20,029 nucleotides of DNA from Octopus sinensis (GCF_006345805.1 NW_021824070.1:1-20029), one strand, 5' to 3'; counted from the first letter of the stretch, positions 8,876-19,426 are shown. Notes: generated by a model not told the origin, from the sequence alone. Translations and numbers: made by a program.

Positions 8876-9371
8876 ATTTGAGGACCGTAGCCTCTTTTCA
8901 TGATCAATCCCCGATATGAATTAGACGCTAATGGAAACACTGCTAGAACTCCGAATCTTGTCTGATGTCAAAAAATCGACCTGAAGCAAATATAGACGTG
9001 TGGACTGAGAGGGGGGAAATAATGGGTAAGCGAATGTTGAAAGCCCCCTCGATTCAGCGTACCAAGAGTATTAAGCTCAACATTCTACCAAAACTATTTC
9101 CCATCTCCAATGGGTGTGTGAATGACGGCTGGCAATTGTTGTAGTTCGTGGTGTTCTGAGGCAGCAGACAAATAAAGCATTTCGGCTGTCATTAACGCAT
9201 CCTTTGGCACAACTTTGATGACATCACCAAATAAGTCCTTCTGTTTTTAAAGAGTGCAAGATGTAGTTTGAAGACGGTTTGGCTGGGATTTCTAACGGGT
9301 CTGACGACCGCCCTCTACTCGCCTTCTTTTTGTTAGTCCTTTGGTGGGTTTGCAGCATTGAAGATTAGGAA

Positions 9372-9751
9372 GCACTCCGTCGGTTACGACGACGAGGGTT
9401 CCGGTTGATCCGAATCAACGGAACAGCCTGCTCGTGAAATTAACGTGTAAGTGGCTGAGCACTCCACAGACACGTGTACCCTTAACGTAGTTCTCGGGGA
9501 TATTCAGCGTGACACAGAGAGTGACAAGGCCGGCCCTTTGAAATACAGGTACAACAGAAACAGGAAGTAAGAGTGAGAGAAAGTTGTGGTGAAAGAGTAC
9601 AGCAGGGATCACCACCATCCCCTGCCGGAGCCTCGTGGAGCTTTAGGTGTTTTCGCTCAATAAACACTCACAACGCCCGGTCTGGGAATCGAAACCGAGA
9701 TCCTATGACCGCGAGTCCGCTGCCCTAACCACTGGGCCATTGCGCCTCCAC
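9372..9751 (-). mobile_element. SINE family B (tRNA-derived), full length
   Basis: On the minus strand, A-box TGGCCCAGTGG (9739-9729) and B-box GGTTTCGATTCCC (9696-9684). Homologous to 3003-3193. Confidence 0.9.
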
Positions 9752-10486
9752 TATTGAAGATGCACCTCTGAGACAAAGCATACACATGAGGCATCTCAGC
9801 TGTTATCATTGAATCTTTTGTATATCTTTGACGAATCGCCCAATAAGTTCTATTTTTTAAAGACGGAAAGAAATAGTTTTGAAGAGAAAGAACTTGGCTG
9901 TCATTTCTAGCTGACATAGCGACCACGTTATAGGTACCTATTCTTGATGCGTTGGTTGGCGGGTCTGCCGCAGTTAAAACGTTCCGTTTTGGTGTGTGAC
10001 CATGAACCAACAATAGTCATCTTACTGAGAAGCTAGAGACACAACATCTGATAACACGCAATAAACAAAATATGGAAGTCATAATATGTCATAATGCGAA
10101 GCTATTTTTAGCAGAGTTACTACCTACTGCTATCTAATTTTCTTGTAGATAACTCCCTTTTTTATTTGTTCCCTTTTTTTAAAATAAAAAAAATATATAA
10201 GGAAGTAACAATGAACATTTCATAATTAGCGTAAAACATTAAGCAAGCTGGATGTAGGAAAAGACCTGGGAAAGCGTTTTGTTGTCTGTCAACGAGAGAA
10301 AATAACAAGAATTTTAGAATTTAAAAAAATCCAAACAACTTTGAATATATTAACCAGACATGTGGCTGTCTTTTTTTAAATTCCTCAGACATACACACCC
10401 ATGCATACGTAGATACATACATACATACATACATACATACATGCATATATGTATGCATACATGCATATATGTATGTATGTATACAT

Positions 10487-11192
10487 ACTTAGACGATAAG
10501 TTTCTGGAGAGTTTTACAGATTTTTATATATGTATGCGTGTATGCATATATGTATGTATGCATATATATGTATGCGTGTATGCATGTATGTATGTATGCA
10601 TATATATGTATGCGTGTATGCATATATGTATGTATGCATATATATGTATGCGTGTATGCATGTATGTATGTATGCATATATATGTATGCGTGTATGCATA
10701 TATGTATGTATGCATATATATGTATGCGTGTATGCATATATGTATGTATGCATATATATGTATGCGTGTATGGATATATGTATGTATGCATATATATGTA
10801 TGCGTGTATGGATATATGTATGTATGCATATATATGTATGCGTGTATGCATATATGTATGTATGCATATATATGCATGCGTGTATGGATATATGTATGTA
10901 TGCATATATATGTATGCGTGTATGCATATATGTATGTATGCATATATATGTATGCATGTATGCATACATACATATATGCATATATGCATACACGCATACA
11001 TATATATGCATACATACAAATATGTATGCATACATACATATATGTATATATGCATACATGCATACACGCATACATATATATGCATACATACAAATATGTA
11101 TGTATACATACATATATGTATATATGCATACATGCATACACGCATACATATATAAAAATCTGTAAAACTCGCCAGAAGATTATCGTCTAAGT
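10487..11192. repeat. Foldback element whose interior is a 38-bp minisatellite and its inverted 74-bp derivative
   Basis: Terminal arms ACTTAGACGATAAGTTTCTGGAGAGTTTTACAGATTTTTATATATG / CATATATAAAAATCTGTAAAACTCGCCAGAAGATTATCGTCTAAGT. GCGTG recurs every 38 nt from 10536 to 10916 (11 copies). CACGC occurs at 10991, 11065 and 11139 (74-nt period). Confidence 0.9.
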
Positions 11193-11284
11193 GTATTTGA
11201 GCATGTCTAGACATACAAGTACATCTATGAGAAGACGTACATAAAACAAAACACAGATTTGCACACATACATACGTACATACAT

Positions 11285-11400
11285 AATTCAAAAATACCCT
11301 GATTTTGATGTTGAAATTCTAATGAAGGAACCTTGGGTCTAGGTTAGAAACCGGCTCTTTCTCTATTGGCTCGAAATTTTGAAATAAAATTGAATAATGA
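11285..11400 (+). mobile_element. Short element resembling an R4/Dong 3' end, within TACA repeats
   Basis: 11318-11357 matches LINE 3' UTR 13668-13707 at 29/40 positions without gaps, including the exact GTTAGAAACCGG. The tail is repeated at 11461-11490. Confidence 0.55.
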
Positions 11401-11566
11401 CATACATACGTAGTACGCACTTAGTATGTAGATATATACATACGTATATACATACATGCATTGAAGTCTTGAAACAAAACTGAACAATGATACACATGCA
11501 TACATACATACATACATACATACATACATACATACATACATACATGCATACATACATACATACATG

Positions 11567-11598
<32 letters not shown>

Positions 11599-12020
11599 CA
11601 TGCATACATACATACATACATACATACATACATAATACATATATACATGCATGCATACATAATACATACATACATACATACATACATACATACATACATA
11701 CATACATACATACATGCATGCATGCATGCATGCATACATACATACATATATACATACATACATACAACATACATACATACATGCATGCATACATGCATGC
11801 ACATCATACAACTACATATCATATATACAGCATGCATACATACATACATACATACATAATACATATACATGCATGCATACATACATACATCATACATACA
11901 ACATACATACATACATACATACATACATGCATATACATACATACTACATACATACATACATACTACATACATACATACATCATACATACATACATACACA
12001 TACATACATACATACATACA

Positions 12021-12052
<32 letters not shown>

Positions 12053-12235
12053 CATACATACATACATACATAATACATACTACATACATACATACTACAT
12101 ACACCATACATACATACATACATACATACATACATACATACATACATACATACATACATACATACATACATACATACATACATACATACATACATAATAC
12201 ATATATACATGCATGCATACATACATACATTCATA
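11400..12235. repeat. Large degenerate (TACA)n microsatellite array
   Basis: Direct reading of the sequence; it produces the MYVC/HTYI ORFs. Confidence 0.97.
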
Positions 12236-12249
12236 CATAGATATGTGTA

Positions 12250-13737
12250 TCAACAGTCTTTCAATCTCCCTCATTCCACACAAAGAATGTTACAAGTACC
12301 TAGGCATAGACGAAAATGTATCATATGAAGGTAGTGTGAATAAAGATAGAGTGACCCGAGAATATTACACCAGACTTAGGAAAATATGGCAGCCGGAACT
12401 CTCCTCTTACAACAAAACAATATCCCACAATGCCTTTGCAGTATCAGTGCTGATCCCAACATTTGAGATACTTGATTGGTCTGCAGAGGAAATCCACTCC
12501 ATAGATATCAAAAACCTGCAAAATCCTGACAACAACTGGGAACTTCCACAGAAACAGTGTTGTTGACAGGCTTTACCTAAGAAGAAATGAAGGTGGTAGA
12601 AGCCTGAGATCAGTGCAGATGGCCTTCGAATGCCATATGGTATCACTCAGGCAGCACCTGCTGAACAACAGCAACAAAAATAAATATATTAATGCTGTGC
12701 TGAAAAGTTAAATGAGCAACATTTTACGAGTTGGCAGCAATCTCCACAAGAACCCCTCCCCCTGAAGATCTCCTATACGACCCCAAAACAGTTTGGCTCT
12801 CTTACCTCAGACCTGGATGGAGAGCACTCAAAATATATTTTTTTAAATGCTATGCATGGGTATGTTGCCCGGAAGCTTGAAGTAGACAGTAGAATTGACT
12901 CGAAGCGCAGCTTGTCTTGGACACAAGACCACTACATCACATCACACTTTGAAGGCTATGCGATTGCAATCCAGAAACAGGAGATTGCCACAAGGTACCT
13001 GGTGAACAAGAGAAACAGTGACACACTTGTAATCCCAAGGTGCAACCGCATGTGTAGGCAATGTCATGTTTCTGTGGAAGACGTCACGTATGTGATTAGC
13101 AGCTGTCCTAAATTGTCGACACGGTTCTACCTCCCTGTGTGGCACCATGTTGTTGCTAAAACAATTTACAGTGCCATCCGAAAGAAAAAAAAAACTGTCC
13201 TGAAATAAACTTTAAAGATCCCTCTGTTATGGAATACATTAAAAAACGCTAAATCAAGGAATACTAGTGGAATATTCCCATCCAAACTTCTGTCAAATGT
13301 AAACATAACAGGTCGGATACTGTTGTTTGGGACAGAGGGGCAAAGGTATGTACAATCATAGAGGTCAGCTGCTCTAGATATAAATATCTGTTTGAAAATC
13401 AAAGAAAAAGAGGATATATAAGGACAACTGTTTTGAAAGCCCCAGATTCTATATCCAGACTATGAATTCATATTCATACCAATAATAATTGGAGCACTAG
13501 GTTTTGTTAGTAAATACTTGAAGGAGAATCTGGATATACTGGGATTTTCAGAAAGAGAAATCGACTGGCTAATTTGTACATTACAAGTGCAATCTGTGAG
13601 AGGAACAGTAAAAATATGCAAGACTTCTCTCAAATTCCAAATGTGAATTTGTCTATGTTAACTACATCCCAAAGATGAAGCCTTGTCTCTTTGTTAGAAA
13701 CCGGTTCCCTCCTCAGTGAAAGATTTATAAAAAAAAA
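12250..13737 (+). mobile_element. 5'-truncated, decayed non-LTR retrotransposon of the R4/Dong clade (RT C-terminus, zinc knuckle, restriction-like endonuclease)
   Basis: Motifs read across frameshifts: YKYLG (late RT), RLYLRRNEGGRSL, CRQC-x8-(Y for H)VISSC knuckle, WHHVVAKTIY (RHD-like), KHNRSD and IIEVSC (RLE), IPIIIGALG, and a stop at 13644-13646. A short 3' UTR and A-rich end follow. Several stops and frameshifts are present. Confidence 0.88.
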
Positions 13738-13829
13738 TACAAGAGATATACATACACGGAAACGTACAACATTCACACGTAAAACATACACGAATGCACA
13801 TGAATGCAGTGAAATGACAAACAAATAAA

Positions 13830-13888
13830 AGACTGTGGCCATGCTGGAGTGCCACCTTTAATCAAGCAAATCGACCTCAGGACTTACA
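13830..13888 (-). mobile_element. SINE family A small fragment
   Basis: GACTGTGGCCATGCTGGAGTGCCACCTTTAATCAAGCAAATCGACCTCAGGACTTA matches 14817-14880. Confidence 0.7.
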
Positions 13889-13905
13889 TACATACATACA
13901 TACAT

Positions 13906-13941
<36 letters not shown>

Positions 13942-13960
13942 CACACACATACACATACAT

Positions 13961-14143
13961 AAATTCACAAAAAAAACAAAAGACGAAAACAGGTGGTGTA
14001 GACAACAAACAGATATATTAGTTTAACGCTCGGGAAGTAAAAAAGGCTTTAATGTTTCGAGCCTACGCTCTTCCACAGAAAGGAACACAGAAAGAAACAA
14101 GGAGAGAGAATAAAGAATGTGCAGTGGCTAGCGATCTATCATG
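13961..14143 (-). mobile_element. Short hammerhead-bearing repeat between (CA)n and (TA)n
   Basis: A discrete non-simple block bounded by microsatellites that contains the motif at 14047-14082. Confidence 0.5.
14047..14082 (-). ncRNA. Minimal hammerhead-like motif (A6U core, extra A after A9)
   Basis: Minus strand: CTTT | CTGTGGA | A | GAGC gtag GCTC | GAA | ACAT | T | AAAG. Stems I and II are perfect 4-bp helices. Stem III is one change from the palindrome ACGT. Confidence 0.5.
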
Positions 14144-14150
14144 GTGAAGG

Positions 14151-14213
<63 letters not shown>

Positions 14214-14782
14214 CATATATATATATATATATATATCTATGTATATGCATATATATATATATATATGTACATAAGCATATATATTATCTAACTATATATA
14301 TAGAGAGAGATAGAGAGATAGATAGTCTGTTTATATGAGTGTATGCATGTATGCATGTATACGTGTATGTATGTATATCTACAGAGAACACGAGATTTAA
14401 TCAGTGCCTGCATACTCGTAAGCTCGCGTTAGTGTGTAGGTGTGTGTGTGTGTGTGTGCGTGCGTGTGTGTGTGTGCGTGTGTATGTATGTGTGTCTAAT
14501 AAAGAGAAGAAATAGCAAGTGAGATTACACACACATTCACATTCATTATTTTCGAGTTGGTAAAAATAACTTTTGAGTAATTACACTCGATTTAGAAACC
14601 AAATTTCAGTGGGGGGTGGGGGGTGATGGAATCGGGGGGTTGGAATGGTAGTGGTGGTGGTGGTGGTGGTGGCGGCGGTGGTAGCAGTGTTTGATGGAAT
14701 GCGCAGCAGAAGGGTGAGACACTGTGACCTCAAACTCAAATTCAATTTCGCTGGCGTAGCATTAACGTAATACTCTTTTATC

Positions 14783-15159
14783 TCTCTTTTACTCTTTTAC
14801 TTGTTTCAGTCAGTTGACTGCGGCCATGCTGGAGCACCGCCTTTAGTCGAGCAACTCGACCCCGGGAAATTATTCTTTGTAAGCCCAGTACTTATTCTAT
14901 CGGTCTCTTTTGCCGAACCGCTAAATGACGGGGACATAAATAATAATGCTAGGGGACAAACACAGACACACAAACATACACGCATATATATATATATATA
15001 TACACATATATACGACGGGCTTCTTTCAGTTTCCGTCTAACAAATCCACTCACAAGGCGACACTTGCCCAAGGTGCCACGCAGTGGGACTGAACCCGGAA
15101 CCATGTGGTTCCATGTGGTTGGTAGGCAAGCTACTTACCACACAGCCACTCCTGCGCCT
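14783..15159 (-). mobile_element. SINE family A, near full length
   Basis: Reverse complement of the 4915-5302 family, with an intact tRNA-like head ending CCTGCGCCT on the plus strand. It has two internal deletions and a CCATGTGGTT duplication. Confidence 0.9.
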
Positions 15160-15392
15160 ATAATAATAATAATAATAATAATAATAGTAATAATATAGTA
15201 ATGATAATAATAATAATAATTAATTCTTTTTATTGGCCACAAGGGCTGACGAATATGATTGCAAAACATAAAGGGACAAAGCAAGACGAAAGGTTACAAA
15301 AGGTTTTGTCCGTTTGTAAAAAAAAAAACCCAGTAAAAAGCAGTTTAACAATCAAAATTTTAACCACCAAAAACTCCCAATAGAGGAGATGC

Positions 15393-16009
15393 CGTAAACA
15401 GTGGCTTGGTAAAAAAGAAAAAGCTCAACCACAACCGCGAAGGGAACTTCATGGGAAAAAGGTTCCTCTCTCTACCTGGTGGGATTGCAAAGGAGTAATT
15501 CACTTTGAATTATTATCACTTAATGCAACAATCAATGCTCAAGTCTATTGTCAGCAATTAGAGCGTTTGAACCAAGCTTTGAAGAAAAAAAAAAAATTCG
15601 CTTTGTGAATCGAAAAGGAGTGATGTTCCATCAGGACAATGCGTGACCCCACAATGCAAAGATCACATCACAGAAGATCGAAGAGCTTGGTTGGGAAAAA
15701 ATTCCTCATCCACCTTATCCTCCCGACCTTGCTCCTTTAGACTACCATTTGTTTCGTAGTTTACAGAATCATTTGGGGGAGATAAATTCCGCAAGCGAGG
15801 AGGAGGTCGAAACTGGCATTTCAGAGTTTTTCGCTTTGAAAACCAAAAGAGTTTTACATTGATGGGATCAAAAAGCTTGTAAATAGATGGAAGGAAGTCA
15901 TAGATAATCAGGGAAAGGACATTGATGATTAAATTTCAATTAAATATAACATTTGATCACTTGTTTTCTTTATTCAAAATTCGGACAGAACTTATGGGAT
16001 GACCTGATA
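15393..16009 (+). pseudogene. Decayed mariner (DD34D) transposase, 3' half, with right TIR
   Basis: Translation: ELHGKKVPLSTWWDCKGVIHFELL...FHQDNA*PHNA...PHPPYPPDLAPLDYHLFRSLQNHL...GIKKLVNRWKEVIDNQGKDIDD*. There are 34 residues between the second and third catalytic D. One in-frame stop and two frameshifts. TIR-like CGGACAGAACTTATGGGATGACCTGATA at 15982-16009. Confidence 0.92.
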
Positions 16010-16039
<30 letters not shown>

Positions 16040-16046
<7 letters not shown>

Positions 16047-16212
16047 TTGTCCCCACCACCATCGCTTGACACACGATGTTGGTATGTTTACGTCCCTGTA
16101 ACCTAGCGGTTCGGGAAAGTAACCGATAGAATAAGTACTAGGCTTACAAAGAATAAGTCCTGCTCCAGCTTGGCCGCTGTCAATTGACTGAAACAAGTAA
16201 AAGAATAAAAGA
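16040..16212 (+). mobile_element. SINE family A 3' half
   Basis: Matches 5115-5302 with an internal deletion. Confidence 0.85.
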
Positions 16213-16914
16213 AAAAGAATATATATACATATAAAGAGAGAGAAAGAGAGAGAGAGGCGGGGAGATACACACCCACACACAGACATTAACGCCGCCCTCC
16301 CCACCCCCTTACTGAACATAACTAAGTTATTCTACTTTTCATTCAGTCCTCCATCCACCACCGCCACCCGCAATCCCACCCACCTACCACTCACTTGGCA
16401 GCAGTCGCCTCCTCCCCGCCACTTCCTCATTATCTCTCTCTCACACTCCCCCTCTCGTGCCCTGCTTGTTTCTTTCAATGGAATGTCTCCCGGTTTATTT
16501 ATAGAAATTGAAGACTAACTGAAGAGGTGAGGGGCAGGAGGAGGAGGATAGGAGGAGGAGAGGGGCAGGAGGAGGAGATGTGCTGAGATGATGTGACTTG
16601 AAACATTCCTCGTGTAGTTAGTATCATCATCATCATCATCAACAACAACAACATCAACAGCAACAACGCCAACAGTAAAAGATGAATTAACGAGAGCACA
16701 GGTCCACGTTCCACCAAGCGGCTAAAAATAGCAGGAAATCCTAATTTTAAATTAAAACCTGTTGTCTGGAGAATGGCAAAGGAGAGATTCGATAATGTTC
16801 TGGGAACAGAATATCAAAAAAAAAAAAAAAGGCAGGAATGCGCTCAATCAAAGCTGACCATGGGTTAAATGAGAGACTGCGTTGGTGTATACATGTATGA
16901 AAGGTTTGCAATCT

Positions 16915-17117
16915 TGGGGCAAAGTCAAGGATTTTAGTAGAAGGAGAGCAAGTCGATTATATCAAGCCCAGTGCTCAGTCGGTGCTTCATTTTCCCGACG
17001 ACGAAGGATAAAATGCAAAGTTGACTTTGGCAGAATTTGAACTCACAACGTATAAAGCGGGAAGAAATGCCGCTAAATATTTTTTCCAACATGCTAACGA
17101 TTCTGCCACCTCTCCGC
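16915..17117 (-). mobile_element. Diverged SINE family D copy
   Basis: GCAAAGTTGACTTTGGCAGAATTTGAACTCACAACGT...GCTAACGATTCTGCCA aligns to the other D copies. Confidence 0.75.
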
Positions 17118-17143
17118 GAACGCGTATACATATATAAATGCAA

Positions 17144-17204
<61 letters not shown>

Positions 17205-17267
17205 CACACACGCATCACATCCTACTGGTTTCTTTTTGTGGGAAGAGGTTCACATGGGATAACATGA

Positions 17268-17427
17268 TCGCCGGCATTTCGTCGGCCTGCACGTTCTGAG
17301 TTCAAATTCCACCGAGGTCGACTTTATATTTCATCCATTCAGGGTCGATAAAATAAGTACCGGTTCCATACATTGACTTGTCCCTCCCCGAAATTGCTGG
17401 CGTTGTGCCAAAATTTTAAATCAATAT
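17268..17427 (+). mobile_element. SINE family D copy, 5' truncated
   Basis: GCATTTCGTC...GTTCTGAGTTCAAATTCCACCGAGGTCGACTTT...GGGTCGATAAAATAAGTACC. Confidence 0.85.
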
Positions 17428-17787
17428 TCAGATGGTTTCCAGCCCTCCGTTTCAGCTAACGTTTTCTCAACTACAACTTCAAACTTTATACGCTACAGTA
17501 CTGTTCACGAATATAATAAACTGTTCTGACAAAAAAAAAAGATAAAATAAATAAATAAATAAAAATAATGAATAAATAAAATTAAAATTCATCAAGGTTA
17601 GCCCGTCCAATTATTATTCTACATGAACATGAAACTTACAGTAGCTCACCTATAACTCCTGTGTTTATTAAATGAAAGATATACATACATACATACATAC
17701 ATACATACATACATACATACATACATACATACACACACACACAACAACAAATGCGAGGAACAGGAAATGTAATTCACGAAATTCCTT

Positions 17788-17898
17788 AAGTCAAAACGAT
17801 CGTTTCGACCCATCATGCATAGACCCCCTTGCGGATGATATACTATTCAACTGGTTATGGGGCGTCCTTCGGTGCAGATGTGCCACATCAAATGACTT
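17788..17898 (-). ncRNA. Hammerhead-like motif with a long stem II and decayed core
   Basis: Minus strand: AAGTCAT | TTGATGT | GGCACATC-TGCA-ccgaag-GACGCCCC [30 nt] GGGGGTC-ta-TGCA-t-GATGGGTC | GAA | ACGATCGT | T | TTGACTT. Stem I has 6 bp plus a U-U junction. Stem II has about 18 bp. Stem III is a palindrome. The core differs from CUGAUGA at positions 3 and 9. Confidence 0.55.
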
Positions 17899-18266
17899 TT
17901 TGAAATGTACCTTCCTTAATAAACTCGGTTTCGCTCAGTTCATTTATATAACATATCGTTACTTGCTTGTAAATATTTGCCTACAGGCTTCCGGTGAGAA
18001 ATTCCCGCGGTAGATCTAGTGGCATTTATATCAATACTGTGGATGACATCAAGTAGCCAGAGACAGTGAAAGTGCTTTCATCGGCATACTACGGGTATAT
18101 ACCCAAGATTTAAATTGCTACTTACATGCGCGCTCGCACATACATACATACATACATACATACATACATACATACATACATACAAATATCCCTTCATATC
18201 TCACTCCTCAACTTCACTCTATTTCACATCTCTAGAATAACTATTGCTTCAACTTTTTCTCTCACC

Positions 18267-18316
18267 GTCTCCGATGAATGGATATACATAAAATATCCCT
18301 GAAACAGCTGTAAGAC
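18267..18316 (+). ncRNA. Minimal type I hammerhead ribozyme motif (U4C core, GUA site)
   Basis: GTCT | CCGATGA | ATGGATAT acataaa ATATCCCT | GAA | ACAGCTGT | A | AGAC. Stem II pairs 7/8 with one T-C mismatch. Predicted cleavage is after 18312. Confidence 0.78.
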
Positions 18317-18856
18317 CTTCTCTTAATAAATGTTCTGAAATCTTTCACAACCTTGGATTTTTATCGCATTCTTTTAAATTTTTATACACACATACATACG
18401 TATATATAGATGCATATAAGCATACATTTGAGCATATACACACATATACAAATGTATTTATGTATGTGTGTGTGTGTATATATATATATTTCATGTTCAT
18501 GTAGAATAATAATTGGACGGGCTAAGCTTGATGAATTTTTATTTTATTTATTTATCATTTTTATTTTATTTATCTTCTTTTTTTTCGTCAGAACAGTTTA
18601 TTATATTCAGAACGTGCATATATACATACGTGTGTAAGTTTGCATGTATATAATATTGATTCCTTTTATCATGATATTAGTCTTGAAATACTAAGGCTAT
18701 CGAAATGAGACGTAGTGATACTGATGGCTCTAAGAAACATCGAGGGAAGTTACCGGAGACATCTTCACTCTGGATTGAAACCCCATTACTTACTGGAGTT
18801 TGCTCTATACTGATTACCACAGTTAATACTTTGTATGTATGGATATATGTATGTAT

Positions 18857-19223
18857 TACTCTTTTACTTGTTTCAGTCATTTGACTATGGCCATGCTGGA
18901 GCACCGCCTTTAGTCGAGGAAATCGACCCCAAGACTTATTCTTTGTAAGTCTAGTACATATTCTATCGGTCACTTTGCCGAACCGCTATGTTACGGGGAC
19001 GTAAACACGCCAGCATCGATTGTCAAGCGATGTTGGGGGAGGGTGACAAACACAGACACACAAACATATACACACATATACAGACACATATATATATACA
19101 TATATACGACGGGCTTCTTTCAGTTTCCATCTACTAAATCCACTCACAAAGCTTTGGTCGGCCCGAGGCTATAGAAGACACTTGCCCAAGGTGCCACGCA
19201 GTGGGACTGAATCCGGAACCATG
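18857..19223 (-). mobile_element. SINE family A, lacking the first ~45 nt
   Basis: Reverse complement of the 4955-5302 region. Confidence 0.9.
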
Positions 19224-19394
19224 TATATATATATGTATGTATATTTGTATGCATGTTTACATGGATATTACTATTGTATATATGTATTGCATATACACAC
19301 ATTCACGCACACATACATCACACGCATACACACATATGCACACTCGCACACACACACACACACACATCAACGCATACACACATAAGCACACTCG

Positions 19395-19426
<32 letters not shown>

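Larger units (their letters stand above)
17509..18608. repeat. ~125-bp inverted repeat pair enclosing ~850 bp
   Basis: 17509-17634 is the reverse complement of 18489-18608. The core AAAATTCATCAAG(G/C)TTAGCCCGTCCAATTATTATTCTACATGAACATGAAA is near-perfect, and differences concentrate in the A-rich tract. Confidence 0.9.

Noticed and set aside
11318-11360. Hammerhead-like layout (CTAATGA, AACCT/AGGTT stem, GAAA, CCGG) in the R4-like 3' motif, also at 13668-13707
   Set aside because: The essential G5 is A in both copies and no stem I closes the motif. It is treated as a LINE 3' UTR signal instead.
10360-12240. Many long overlapping ORFs (up to 276 aa)
   Set aside because: They are translations of TACA/TATG repeats (MYVC, HTYI), open in several frames only because the repeat lacks stop codons.
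16499-16717. Hydrophobic ORF resembling a signal or transmembrane peptide
   Set aside because: It derives from CAT/CAA/GGA trinucleotide repeats.
17975-18100. Possible exon after TTGCCTACAG
   Set aside because: All three frames stop before a plausible donor site, and there is no recognisable protein.
18677-18830. Unique sequence open on both strands, with CTGATGG...GAAAC
   Set aside because: No usable splice context or recognisable protein, and the hammerhead core is incomplete with no stems.
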